The translations under genes and the position numbers were made by a program. A stretch of DNA of 63,258 nt, the filler included, from Licmophora abbreviata (taxonomy: Eukaryota), in the NCBI GenBank assembly GCA_900291995.1. It is 5 parts of 5 records of this genome, joined end to end, with 100 filler letters (N's around TTAATTAATTAA, not from the genome) between each part and the next. Parts side by side here need not be neighbours in the genome. Positions count along the whole stretch, not along the records: positions 43,068 to 58,311 come from OLMU01000429.1; positions 58,412 to 63,258 come from OLMU01000430.1; 3 more parts are not named here. One strand, given 5' to 3'. Under the pieces are notes generated by a model, which searched no databases, was not told where the DNA came from, and saw only the letters and a list, made by a program, of their open reading frames with translations. Positions 46,348-62,001 of this stretch are shown here, one piece after another; position 1 is the first letter of the stretch; each line of letters opens with the position of its first letter.

Positions 46348-48470
46348 TCAACTATCAATCAGCCTTCCATCAATGACACAGTACGTCACCACCTTCTCCT
46401 TCTGTTTCTGTGGGAGAGCGTAGTCAGTACTAGCTGCATTTTGATATGACGCAACACCCATGTACCCGCCCTGGTTGCCAGCGTCGGAAGATCCCGAGAT
46501 TTCCAACTTTTCGTATCCGTCTTGCCGCTTTTGCTTGAACACGGTACCACCAAAAGCGCTTGCAAACGCCACCGCAAGAACGAGAACAAGGACTAGTAAA
46601 CTTCGGGGAATTATCATTGAGCTTACTATAACGGGAAAGTGGAAGCACGTTTTGTGAGAAAGCGCATAGCCCTGGCGAGCATTTGTGCGAGTTGCAACTT
46701 ACGCGTGAATTTCGGGAGTTTTACCCGGTTTTCGTGCTCGTACCACCCTTCATGGGTACGACAGTGCGGCCCAGTGAAAAATGTGCTACATTCGCAGACC
46801 CCTCGATCGGTGCACTGTCCGTGCGACAGTCCTCCACAGTTGTGATTGCTGGTGCATAGCCCCTCGCCTTTCTGTATCGGCTCCAGCGGTCGTCGATCGC
46901 CCTCCTCCATGTAGCGTTTACGATGACCCTCGATGAAGAGCTCTGTGGGACGGGTTTCCGGTGAGCACCCAAGAGTGTGCTTCGACTCATTCACGGCCTG
47001 ATACACTCGAACGTAATCAATCTCGAAATGCGCGGGGAAGTTGTCACAGTATCCAGAGGGCATCCCGCACGCGCAAGCCGGTTTGCCACACTCAAAGCAT
47101 TTGCAGTCACAACCGTCAGGGCAAGGCGCAGGGAAGCCCCAGTGAGCCGAAACAGCAGTACTTAGGATCAAATACATAGCTTCGCTTGGAATCTCGGTTC
47201 CCATGACTGCCAGATTCTCCGCGTGTATGCCATACACAAATTTGTCATCAGCGTACCACTTGATGTACCCTTCCGATCCATCATCAAGCGGAGGCTCCCA
47301 CTCTATACGGTACTTATGGAATTCCTGATAGTGAGTATCCTGCAAGTTCATGTTCGCAGAAAGTGAGTCAGCCTGATATGTGTAGGTTTTGGGTTCGTGG
47401 ACCAACGTCACGCCGTAAAAGAAAGGGTTAAGGGATGAATTGGTGACATTGCCATACTTCAATCCGGTATACCAGTGACCCTGTGTCAGACGAGTGACGA
47501 GTGAGTGACTTTTCTCAATGAAAGATGTCTATCTTTTACAATTGGAACGTCGGAATTTACCTTCTTCGGTTGATGCCCGAGTGTCGGCCGGTCCATCTCA
47601 AACCCAGGAGCAATCTGGAGCGAACACGAGACATACGGGCGCGTTATGGGAGTGTTAGGTAGCTTGGTCGACTCGCCCTGCATTGACTCGAGGATGTCAA
47701 TTTCGGGAGCACCACGCCCCCTCCCCGCTTCCATGCCGTAGTGGTTTATTCTCGAACACGCGCTAATCTCTTGGCTCAGTCGATTCTTCTCGTTGCACTG
47801 GTTGTAGCTGTACGGCCACATGAAATCTGAGGAGCCGACATAGGTAGCGCGGGCGAGATTACCCATGAGCCACACTTAACCAAAAAGAAAATAAATGTCA
47901 GTAGAGGATACAACACAGAAGGGCAACACGGATTGTCAACGGTCGAAACTCACGTGCCGGCCAAAGTCCACCAACGTAGGGATCTCCAGGTAGTTTGGCT
48001 TGGATTTCAATAATCCCACCAGTAAAACAGAATTTATTCCATCCTTGTACCATTCCTGATTGCACATGCTTCTTGTCCATGTAGAACTTTTTTGTCTTTT
48101 CATTGAACGCCTTGTAAACATTCACCTTATGCTCGGTGGTAATGTTAAGTACACCATTCATAGTTTTGACATTATCGTGGCTGTAAAAGTGCAGTGCAGC
48201 ATTCGTATAATCGTTCTTATTGATAGCAGTCCATCGAGGATCGTGCCCATTGTTGAATGTTCGACCTTCCGTCTCGAATTCGTCGGAAAATACCAATTGA
48301 TACTGTCGATGGTCGTTCACGGCGAGCGGCTTCATGTCGCGAGCTTGTTTCGGGGTATCCGGGTCGACCCAAGACCCCGACGTCGCGTCTATAGTCAGTA
48401 GAAACAAAAGGCATGTCCCAAGCAGTCTCATCGACCGCGAACCCTCTCGTTTCCGACGCAGTATTCTCAT
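46348..48470 (-). CDS. KRE6/SKN1-type GH16 beta-1,6-transglycosylase (diatom TGS-like), 4 exons (48470-47954, 47874-47561, 47480-46703, 46625-46348)
   Basis: Signal peptide, WVDPDTP, LVFSDEF, GMVQGWNKFCFTGG, GLWPALWLMGNL, GRGAPEIDILE (catalytic ExDxxE), IDYVRVYQ, an EGF-like Cys module and a C-terminal TM. Confidence 0.93.
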
Positions 48471-48487
48471 GTCGTAGCTCTTTCTGA

Positions 48488-48504
48488 CTCTCTCTCTCTC
48501 TCTC
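48488..48504. repeat. (CT)n microsatellite in the 5' flank of the KRE6-like gene
   Basis: ctctctctctctctct visible in the sequence. Confidence 0.8.
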
Positions 48505-49173
48505 TGTGAGTGTAAACTGAAGGACGACCTGCACCAACAAGTTCCAGCAGTTTCAAATGTATCGCCGTCGACAGGAATGCAGCTTGATTCCCTGACTACA
48601 ACCTGAATGCCTCAATCAGACCGTTCTGAACTGTTTTACTAGCTACAGGACAACGCTTCTAGCTCGCCAGGAACATGCTGCTCTTTCGCCATGTCAACCG
48701 TCACCGCATCATCCTCTCGTGTCGACGACACCACGTTCTCCCCTGTCTTGGCGCTCTATCATACGTACGTGTTCCCGTCGCGCGTTTTCTCATCGAAACG
48801 AACGCGCGACTTTTTGGATCTTGGCCGTCTCACGGCGATCAATTTGACTTTCTACGAGAAATGTACGCATGTTGAAATTCATACCTATCCACGTGGGTGT
48901 TCGTCTCCAATGTATACATATTAAAACTTATTCACAGCGGAATACATTGAATAAAGCCAATGCTTGCGATAGCGACGCGCGATCGAGCATCCGCTCGCAA
49001 TCGATTTGGTCGCCATGGTGATAACATCGTCGACACGTTCCTACAGCTCTCGATCCTGAGCGCACCGCAACGCCATTTTGGTTCTTGAAGAAGTACGCTA
49101 GAGGTCACAGCAGTCATTCTGTGAAAAATCAGGCTCCCTGAGCTTCTCTAAGCCTCAAACGGTGATAATTCCA

Positions 49174-50382
49174 ATGCAGCATTGGGGACAGCGGTGGAGG
49201 ACGACCCTGATGCTATGGGGCGCCTCGTTGCTAATGTGTCCTAGCTCCTCGCAAATTACTACAAGCACTCGTCATCTTGATCGAAGGCAACTTGAAGATG
49301 TCGATTACTCATATTTTGAGTACGACTTGAGTCAGTTCAGTGTACGCTTTCAAAAATGTCAATTCGTCAAAATGTACGACGACGAACTCGCACAAGACGA
49401 GGACAGCACCACGGTACTGGCGGCCAAGCAGTTTGTCATCTTTAGTCTTTGTGACAGTAGCACGTGTGCATCCTGCAGGGGTGCGCATGGAGAGTATGCA
49501 TTGGATCTTTATGACTATTTGGATGCGACAATTGAGTTTCATAGAGAGCAGTTCGAGTACATGTGTCAGAATTGTAACGAGCAATGTGGTGACAACAGCG
49601 ACAATTGTGACGAAGATGGATGCGTTATTGCGTGTTATCAATATGATAATCTCGAGGCGAACGGCTTTGTTGATGCGACTGACTATCTAGAATGCCAACA
49701 AATCGAACAGAATGAAGATAGCAGCAGTAGCACCAACAGTGAGCAAGAGGAGTCTGATGACGACAAGGCTGCCCTGTATATAGGCCCCAAGTGCACCGGC
49801 GACACGAACAGGATTGTGATTGGTCTCTTTTCCGATGAAAACTGTTGGGAACCGTACACGGAGCAAAGCGTCCAGGACGTACTTGGCATGAAACTATCGT
49901 ATGTCATTCTCAAACACTCGTACATGTCGGGCGACGGCACAAAGTGTCTTTCTTGCGACGAGCAAGACGGAAACAACAATGCGAACGACAATGCTGATGC
50001 TGACGATGTGAATGAAATGTGTGAGAATTTGTATTACGCGTCAGCGAAATGTGAGACGCCGTACGGCATTGAAGCGGGCTTCATTCAGACGAAACAAAAG
50101 GACGGGGAGTACGAGAATCAGGTTGAGAATGAATACATGGCTTGCGCCTTTGTCAACAATATCAAGGCCAACAGCTACACAGAGACTGGCGAGATTGATA
50201 GTGTGAGTGAACAGGACGAAGTCATTCGATTAGTGACGTCCAGGCAGGTGGCGGCCCTGTCCTTTCTCGTTGCCGCGCTACTTGGCCTGGGGTGCTACGG
50301 CTACTGGCTAGACCGATACATTGACAACAAGTACCCTCCCAAGGTTGACCTATCTTCCCAGACAGACAACGAGTTGACATAA
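49174..50382 (+). CDS. Silicanin-1 (Sin1)-like type I membrane protein
   Basis: Signal peptide, RXL propeptide motif (RHL/RRQL|E), acidic Cys- and N/Q-rich lumenal domain (FQKCQ, FVIFSLC, GEY, YIGPKC, IGLFSDENC, CLSC, EMCENLYYASAKCE), single TM, short cytosolic tail. Confidence 0.82.
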   Translation: MQHWGQRWRTTLMLWGASLLMCPSSSQITTSTRHLDRRQLEDVDYSYFEYDLSQFSVRFQKCQFVKMYDDELAQDEDSTTVLAAKQFVIFSLCDSSTCASCRGAHGEYALDLYDYLDATIEFHREQFEYMCQNCNEQCGDNSDNCDEDGCVIACYQYDNLEANGFVDATDYLECQQIEQNEDSSSSTNSEQEESDDDKAALYIGPKCTGDTNRIVIGLFSDENCWEPYTEQSVQDVLGMKLSYVILKHSYMSGDGTKCLSCDEQDGNNNANDNADADDVNEMCENLYYASAKCETPYGIEAGFIQTKQKDGEYENQVENEYMACAFVNNIKANSYTETGEIDSVSEQDEVIRLVTSRQVAALSFLVAALLGLGCYGYWLDRYIDNKYPPKVDLSSQTDNELT

Positions 50383-50540
50383 ATAATGACTGCAGTTGCG
50401 ACCATTGTGTCTACACGCATGTATTGTAAACAAGGCGTCCGTGCTGTCAAACTCTTAATAATCTGTTAGTTTTACACAACGCAAACACACGATTCCCAAG
50501 CAGCTTTCAGTGATTCACTATCTCCTTCTCTTGGCAAAAC

Positions 50541-51576
50541 TTAGATAGCAATACTCAAACCGTACGTAAAGTTGGACACGTCCGATACGGAAACGGAGCC
50601 AGATGCCGTCACGGTGACCGCAGGGACGACCTCCTTAATGAGGGCGGCCGACACAATTCCGTTGGTTCCAACCTTGGCCTTGACGTTTCCATACGGAGAC
50701 TTGTACATGCCGCCGACTGCCGTGAGGTTGACATACTTGGACTGAGAGTGGGTCGTCTGCGATGCCTAGAGTAATGTCCTTGTTGACCGTGTAGAGAAGG
50801 CCGAGATTGACCTGAGATAGCTTGGAGGCAGTGGTGACGCTACCAAAGACGGGTCCCTTCGAGTAGCGTGACGCCAAGGTTGTAAGCAGAGAATCCCTTC
50901 TTTCCGGAAAGCGCATAGGTGGTGTCAGCTCCAACTTTGACGCCACCGTTGAGTCCATAACAGGCTGAGAGCGCCACTCGCGACAAGTCCTTGGCGTCGA
51001 GGACACTGGTTCCGTAGAACGTGCCCTTGGTGTAGTCGACGCCAATATCGGCGCCCTTGCTTCCTTTGAAGTAAACCTTGACTCCTGGCGTCGGCACAAG
51101 AGACGTCTCCAAAGTCTGTCCACCATCTGCGCTCAACTGGGCCTTGTCGACACTGAGGCCAGCATAGGTGAACTTGGTGCCAATCTTGGACGCAAGAGCA
51201 CCTCCGCTTCCTCGGTCCGTCTCGACCGTAACAGCAACAGCACCAGCGTTCTTCTTCGCCTTGAGCGAGATCTTGCTGGTGTAGTCATCCGTCAAGAGAG
51301 CTGAACGCAAGCAAGAAAGAGCGAGTGAGATTCCACATCATTTTGTTCTGACGCCTCCTCTGTGACAGGTTGGTTGAAGCCAGCAGTACAACTTGTACGG
51401 CAGTGCACGTAGCCCGGGCATTGCTGGCGCCAACGTTGAACGTAGCAAGTGGACCATGGCGCGAAACGGCCGTCATTTCGGACTCTCCCGTCATCAGCCA
51501 AATCTTCCACTGCTTTTTCACTGTTCGAGTACGTACTCTTAGGACCCTTGGAAAGATCAGCAAACTTGGTGGCCAT
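50541..51576 (-). CDS. VDAC: Mitochondrial porin VDAC; intron 51536-51301; two +1 frameshifts (about 50868 and 50765)
   Basis: MATKFADLSKGPKTLLTDDY, then amphipathic beta strands. After removing two single bases the frame runs through VKAKVGTNGIVSAALIKEV to FTYGLSIAI*. Confidence 0.88.
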
Positions 51577-51904
51577 GGTGAAAATCGAGGCAGAAAGCGC
51601 AGCAAAACGAATGACAAGGCGAGGCGTGCAAAAGTGTGTGATGGTCAGTCCACTACGTGAGAAGTCTCGAGCTGACGGACAAACCAAAACGGAGAAACCC
51701 GGAAATGAGTACGTCAGTCCGCGACTCACTCGACTCGATTCACGTTTCGAAAGAGTGAGGTTCAAGGTTCAGTTCATCTCTGTGAGTGTGTGAGCTGATG
51801 GGAGCTCGCGCGTCCTACACAATGGCGATCTCGACATCCGCTTTCCCCCTTGGCGCGTGTCCCCAAAACGACCCCTGAAGAGAGAATTGACTAGACCCTA
51901 AATA

Positions 51905-52858
51905 ATGATTCAATGTTGGAGCTTTATTTCGCTTCTTTTCTTGCTCGCGGTCATGCAGTCCCCATGCTCCCGAGCGTTTTCGAATGACCACAATGGCCCA
52001 TCGTCCTCACGTGGAGACACCAAATTCCCTGACACTATCTCCCGTCGAGATTATTGGAAGGTATCGCTTGGTGTCGCTGGCGGTCTTGCTTATGGGAAAC
52101 TTGCTGGAGATACGCTTTCACGAATATCAAGAGGCATTGCATACCCAGATGCGCATGAACAGCGCGTCGAGGCGACAATTCGCACTGCGTTGCTGTCGTC
52201 AGCGGCCGCATTAGGGGGGAATACTCTGTCTAGACCATACCGGATACTCGAAGTTGGAGTTGGGTCAGATATGAGAGTCATTCGGAGGGGACTCTATGAC
52301 AGTGGCTTGTCCAGCTTGGGTCGCGACTCAAAGGTATCGCAGGTGCAAATCAGTGGTGTTGATCTGAAGCTTCCGTCCCAGGAGGCTACGAGAGATGTAC
52401 AAACCAAGTTGGACGATCTCAATAGTCGCCAGCCGTCCTTGTCGGCCACATTTGACGTGGCGGCAGCCGACGTCACCTCCAAACTTCCATTTGCAGACGG
52501 CTACTTTGACACCGTCGTCTGCTGTCTGACCCTCTGTAGCGTCGATGAGCAACGACCCGCACTGGACGAAATCCAACGCCTTGTTCGGTCTAATGGAGGG
52601 ACGTTTGGTTACGTGGAGCATATAGCTGTCAATCCTGACGAGCCATACAGATTTCTTGAATGGCAACAAAGGAAACTGGATCCGCTGCAGCAAGCTCTCG
52701 CTGATAACTGTCATTTGCACCGGTACACTGAAGACAATATTGATGCAGTCTTTGGCGTGCCACCCAAGTCGCAACTTGTCAATCGGGAGCGCTTCCTTGT
52801 TAGCGACATGTGGCCTGTTTCGTGTCAGTGCTGTGGGGTGATTCAGAAGCAAATATGA
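51905..52858 (+). CDS. Class I SAM-dependent methyltransferase (type 11, METTL7-like), probably plastid-targeted
   Basis: ILEVGVG, GVD, LPFADGYFDTVVCCLTLCSV, YVEH, CHLHR. Signal peptide ending SRA|F (ASAF-like), followed by SRRD and a hydrophobic stretch. Confidence 0.85.
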   Translation: MIQCWSFISLLFLLAVMQSPCSRAFSNDHNGPSSSRGDTKFPDTISRRDYWKVSLGVAGGLAYGKLAGDTLSRISRGIAYPDAHEQRVEATIRTALLSSAAALGGNTLSRPYRILEVGVGSDMRVIRRGLYDSGLSSLGRDSKVSQVQISGVDLKLPSQEATRDVQTKLDDLNSRQPSLSATFDVAAADVTSKLPFADGYFDTVVCCLTLCSVDEQRPALDEIQRLVRSNGGTFGYVEHIAVNPDEPYRFLEWQQRKLDPLQQALADNCHLHRYTEDNIDAVFGVPPKSQLVNRERFLVSDMWPVSCQCCGVIQKQI

Positions 52859-53047
52859 CCGCCAAGACGTACAGCGGGATCCAAAAGCACAACAAGGGCA
52901 GGCAGCAGGCTACAAAGATGGGTGTCGACGAGTAAACCTATGCGACAAGGTCCTATGCGACAAGGATGTCGATGAACTAAGTTGATGAAACTCTTAAGTC
53001 GTACGCAACAAAATTTCACAAAAATCATAGCACAAAGGGACTCCATA

Positions 53048-54630
53048 CTACGACTGTTTGGAAACGTCGCGAATGGCAGCCGCAATGTAGTCCACGTTGT
53101 GCGTCGTGACACCCTGAATTGACGATACAACATGTGATTCATGGTAAGCACGTGAATAACAAACACTAGGAGACAGCTCATCCATGTCGAGGCAAAAGAA
53201 TGGCAACTTACTGCCATACTGATTCTACCGTCCTTGGTGCAATAAATGTGATGCTTCTCTTTCAACTGCTCTACTTCGTCCGCCATCAGACCACTAAAGG
53301 CGAACATTCCGATTTGCTGCGTAACGTGTTCCCAAGATCTCGTCAGTCCGGGCTCCTCCAATCGATCTCTCAATTCGTGTCGCATGGCATTGATACGATC
53401 CGCCATGCCCTTGCATTGATCCACAAAGTCCTGCGTTAGCTTGGGATCAGATAGAATCGTGGACACGATGCGCGCTCCGTGACGCGGTGGATTCGAGTAC
53501 ATGGGACGGATCACCATTTTCATTTGCGAAGTCACGCGCTTGGCTTCGTCTTCATCAGCTGCTACGACGGACAGAGCCCCGATGCGATGACCGTACAAGC
53601 CAAAGTTCTTGGAGAAACTCTGCACGAGCGCGATGAGGTGACCCTCTTCGACAAACATTCGAAGGGCCTTGGCATCCTCTGTGGCGCTCCCAGAGGCAAA
53701 GCCCTGGTAGGCGCAATCAAAGAAAGGCAACAAGTTTCGTTGCTTGCAAACATCGCTAATCTGCTTCCATTGCTCCATGCTTGGGTCCATTCTACAAATT
53801 TGAGGTCGGCACACGTCAGCCATAGCGTCCACCATCTTTCACAGGACACACATCTTCTGCTAGTTGGGGAGACTTACCCAGTAGGATTGTGAGCGCAGGC
53901 GTGCAACAGAATGCAGCTACCCTCCGGCATTTCGTTGATGTCCTGCATCATGTTGTCAAAATCCAGATTAGACTCCTCGTGGTCATAGTAATGATACTGA
54001 CGGACATGAAGACCTGAATTGTGAAAGATTGGAATGTGGTTTCCCCATGTGGGGTTAGGGACATAGATATGACGATGGCCGAATTTCGCCAGTAACTCTC
54101 CCATCACACGAAGACCGCCAGTTCCCGAAAGACTCTGAACGCCACCAATTCGGTTTTCAAGGAGTGGCTTCGAGTCTTCGCCATAGGCGAACTTGAGCGC
54201 CAAATCTACGAACTTTGGATCACCGGCCTAGCGGAAGACGAAAGGGGTGTTGTGAGGATCTCACGTTGCTTCCGCGACACTCTGACGCTAAGACACGAGG
54301 ACACTTGCACAACCGTTGGCGTACTCACAATTCCGGAATACTCCATGTCCAGGCTCTGTTCCTGCAAGATGCGCTCCGCCTCGCGCACGCACGGAAGAAC
54401 ATATGGCTTTCCTAGATCATCACGATACGCTCCCACTCCGACGATTTGTTTCTGGGGATAGTCATCGAGCTGATACGCCTCATTGAGTCCGATGATGGGG
54501 TCTGGCGGTGCCATGGGCAATTCGGCCCAAGGCGAGCCGGCCGCTGTCTCATCATCATCCGCCTGCTTGTGCATGACGACGAAGATGCGGCAGTCCTTGA
54601 GACCACACAAAGAAGTTGCGAACGAATCAT
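53048..54630 (-). CDS. GOT2: Mitochondrial aspartate aminotransferase, 4 exons; 1-nt frameshift near 54548 after the transit peptide
   Basis: APPDPIIG, GVGAYRDD, QSLSGTGGLR, HACAHNPTG, FFDCAYQGFASG, SFSKNFGLYGHRIG (PLP lysine), QIGMF, DGRISMAG. Confidence 0.93.
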
Positions 54631-54876
54631 GGCCAAGGAAATGGTGACAAAGGTTGATCGAGTGATGATGGTGTTGTGTTTTGCGTTGTGAAAGTGCATC
54701 AGTCGGCGGCGCGCGTCTCTGTCAGCGGATTTTCGGTGGATCTTTTGTTTCTTACGTAGATCTCAGTACTAAATGTACGGTGCAAATAAGGTTCTACGTG
54801 ACGTGTACTGCAATCCAAAGGCGATTTGCCGCGCCACAGCTTTTGCAATCACACTTTGTCGAGTTTTCTACTTTAT

Positions 54877-59410
<4,534 letters not shown>

Positions 59411-59904
59411 GAATGAAATCCTTAAAGGGTGGCTCGACTGAATTTGCACGACTAAGGCTTGAGAGCAAGATATGTCTACACTAGCTCTAGAGGGTGTACG
59501 GCTTGACATAGCAATGCGGCTATCTAAGATCGTGGATGTCGGTCGTACAACATGCATGGCTCGGCGGCTTGCTACGATATCCATTCAATAAACTAATGAA
59601 CTCAGGCATAAGTACCGATTCTTAAATATATCATGACATACATCGGTTTGAAGTTTGGGCCTATTCATTACTAAATTTTGTAGAAAATCGATGACCTCGT
59701 TCTTGGCTGATGTGGACTGTTTATATACCAAAAGGGTCATTGATGACCCGTTGCGCCTTTTGAAATCTGAACAACCATAGGCCTCACTTTTTCGCAGCGC
59801 ATAAATAGTTGCAGAAGTACAATAAACACTTCTCTCGCGATAATCTTACTGCCTAGCCCCGCGGGTGAAATCAGGCAAATTTTCTGCACATTTATTCGAA
59901 GGAC

Positions 59905-61954
59905 ATGACAAGAATGAGTCGTCAACCGAGAAAACGTAATGCTTCGAGCAACGCCAATCCGCTAGCGTTGCAGAACAACGTCGGTTGTGCCTGTCTAGAG
60001 CTGGGAAAGACAGACGATGCCGTTCGCCAATTCTCGGGAGCTATTGGCAAGATCAAACTGTACACAACCGAACAATTGTCGCTTCTGGGGGACTCGGGAA
60101 TGACCCCTTCAGAAGCTGATAGCGTCTGGCGCTGCGCACTCCAATAGGACTCTTTATGTCTACCAGAGGCATGAGTACGACGAAGGTATGCACGCATACT
60201 CAAAGCCGATCTCTATTGATGAGTTCTGCAATGACAGTCGGACTGTCGCACTCGTGGCTCTGTACAATCTAGGCCTTAGCCTTGTTCGCGTTGGCAAGTA
60301 CTCGGAGGCAGCTCAGAATTTCCAGATGGCGATCGGGGCTGCTGTTTCAGTTGACCCTAGTTTTCCGGTGAACAAGCTCAAATTAACACACAACCTCGGT
60401 CACTGCTACTATCGATTGGGCCGCTACGAAGAGTCAAAGCAGTACTTTGAGCGAGCACTCGTCCTACTTGCGGAAACGGGGGTGAACGACTTTGACTTCG
60501 CGGCGACCGCCAACTGTCTTGCTGTCATGTACTTTCACATCTCGAGTTCACAATCGGATAAAGCCCTAGAGCTACTCCGGGAAAGTCTGACTATTCGGCA
60601 ACAAGTTCTAGGCAAGGAGCATCGTGATGTTGCTACTGTTTTGAACAACATCGGGCGCATCTATTATATGAAGGGCGACTACACCGATGCCCTAGAGCAC
60701 TACCTCGAAGCTCTTCGAATTCGTCGACAAGTGCTTGGGAACAAGCACATCGATGTCGCCGCTACGATTTACAACACAGGACAAACCTACCAACAGCAAA
60801 GAGACTATGATAAGGCTATTGAGCTCTACAGAGAATTCTTGCTGTTTGCCAAGGAAAAACTGGGCACCGCCCATCGCGACGTCGCTACTATTCTGAAGTG
60901 CATGGGCCAGATTCACCACCAGCGAGGCGATCGAGAAAAGGCAAAGAGTGTCTACAAGGTCGCTCTGGACACCGCTCGTGCCGCCCTTGGGGATAACCAC
61001 CCGGAGGTCGCTTCAATACTTAATAAGATGGGCAACGTGGCGTTTGAGCTGCGAGACCTGGAATCTGCAATGAGCTGCTACGATCAAGGACTCAAGATCG
61101 AGCGAAGTGTCTTTGGTCGTGAACATCCGCATGTCATTGTCACTCTCATTAACATTGCTCAGATTTTTAAGCACTGGGGTGAATACATGGCAGCTATCCA
61201 TCGTTTTGACGAGGTTCAAGAGCTGCAGGCGAGTTTGCATGGTCCTGACCACATCGAGCTTGCATCGACCTACAGCAGTATTGGTTTGATGCATTTTCAC
61301 CTAAAAAACTACGCTGCTGCCTTTGAGTACTATCAGGAGGCTCTTCGGATTCGAAGATGCAACTTTGGCGGAGGTCACCAAGATGTCGCCACGACGCTTA
61401 ACTCTATTGGGCTGGTTCTGTTCAAGCAACGAGTGAACAAGCTCGCACTGGAGTGCTTCACAGAGAGCCTCGACATCCGAATCAAGCTCTATGGATCGGA
61501 TCACCCAGAGGTTGCCGTGCTCTGGTACAACATTGCCACCGTTCATATGGAGACCGGAGAAGATGATAAAGCGATGAAGTTCTACCGGGAAGCTCTGCGC
61601 GTAGAACAATCGTCGTTTGGTTCGGAAGATAATACCGTGCTACTTACGCTGCACCACATGAGCCAGATGCATCACCAGAGAGGGGAGCTTGGTGAAGCAA
61701 TGGCATATCTACAAGAAGCGCTCGCTGTCGAGCGAAAGCTACACGGGATTTCAAGTACCGAGGTAGCAAAGACTCTCAACTTGATGGGTAACGTCCACCT
61801 GCAGCGAGCCGACGTGGACGAGATGATGGCGTGTTATATCGAGGCTTCAAGAATATTCGAAAACTGCGATGACTCCAGTCTCTCAGTCGCCGTCGCTGGC
61901 TACCACTCTTACTCGTTGACGAAACTCTGTCCCGAGTGCGCACCGACGGCGTAG
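59905..61954 (+). CDS. TPR-repeat protein (kinesin-light-chain/nephrocystin-3-like 42-aa repeats); +1 frameshift near 60085-60110
   Basis: Many repeats of the type ALRIRRQVLGNKHIDVAATIYNTG. The upstream ORF (NNVGCACLELG..DDAVRQF) is TPR-like and continues in the +1 frame as LYVYQRHEYDEGM. Confidence 0.85.
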
Positions 61955-62001
61955 CTATGATTTGATCGCTACTAGTTCATCGATTTATGCTGTGACTCAG
62001 T

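Noticed and set aside
51476..51497. Hammerhead-like core (CUGAUGA-c-GGG AGAG UCC-GAAA) on the minus strand in the VDAC intron
   Set aside because: No convincing stem I or stem III around an NUH site in any topology I tried, so probably chance. An Infernal hammerhead search would settle it.
52937..52965. 14-bp tandem duplication cctatgcgacaagg between convergent genes
   Set aside because: Only two copies with no spacers. An ordinary slippage duplication, not CRISPR-like.
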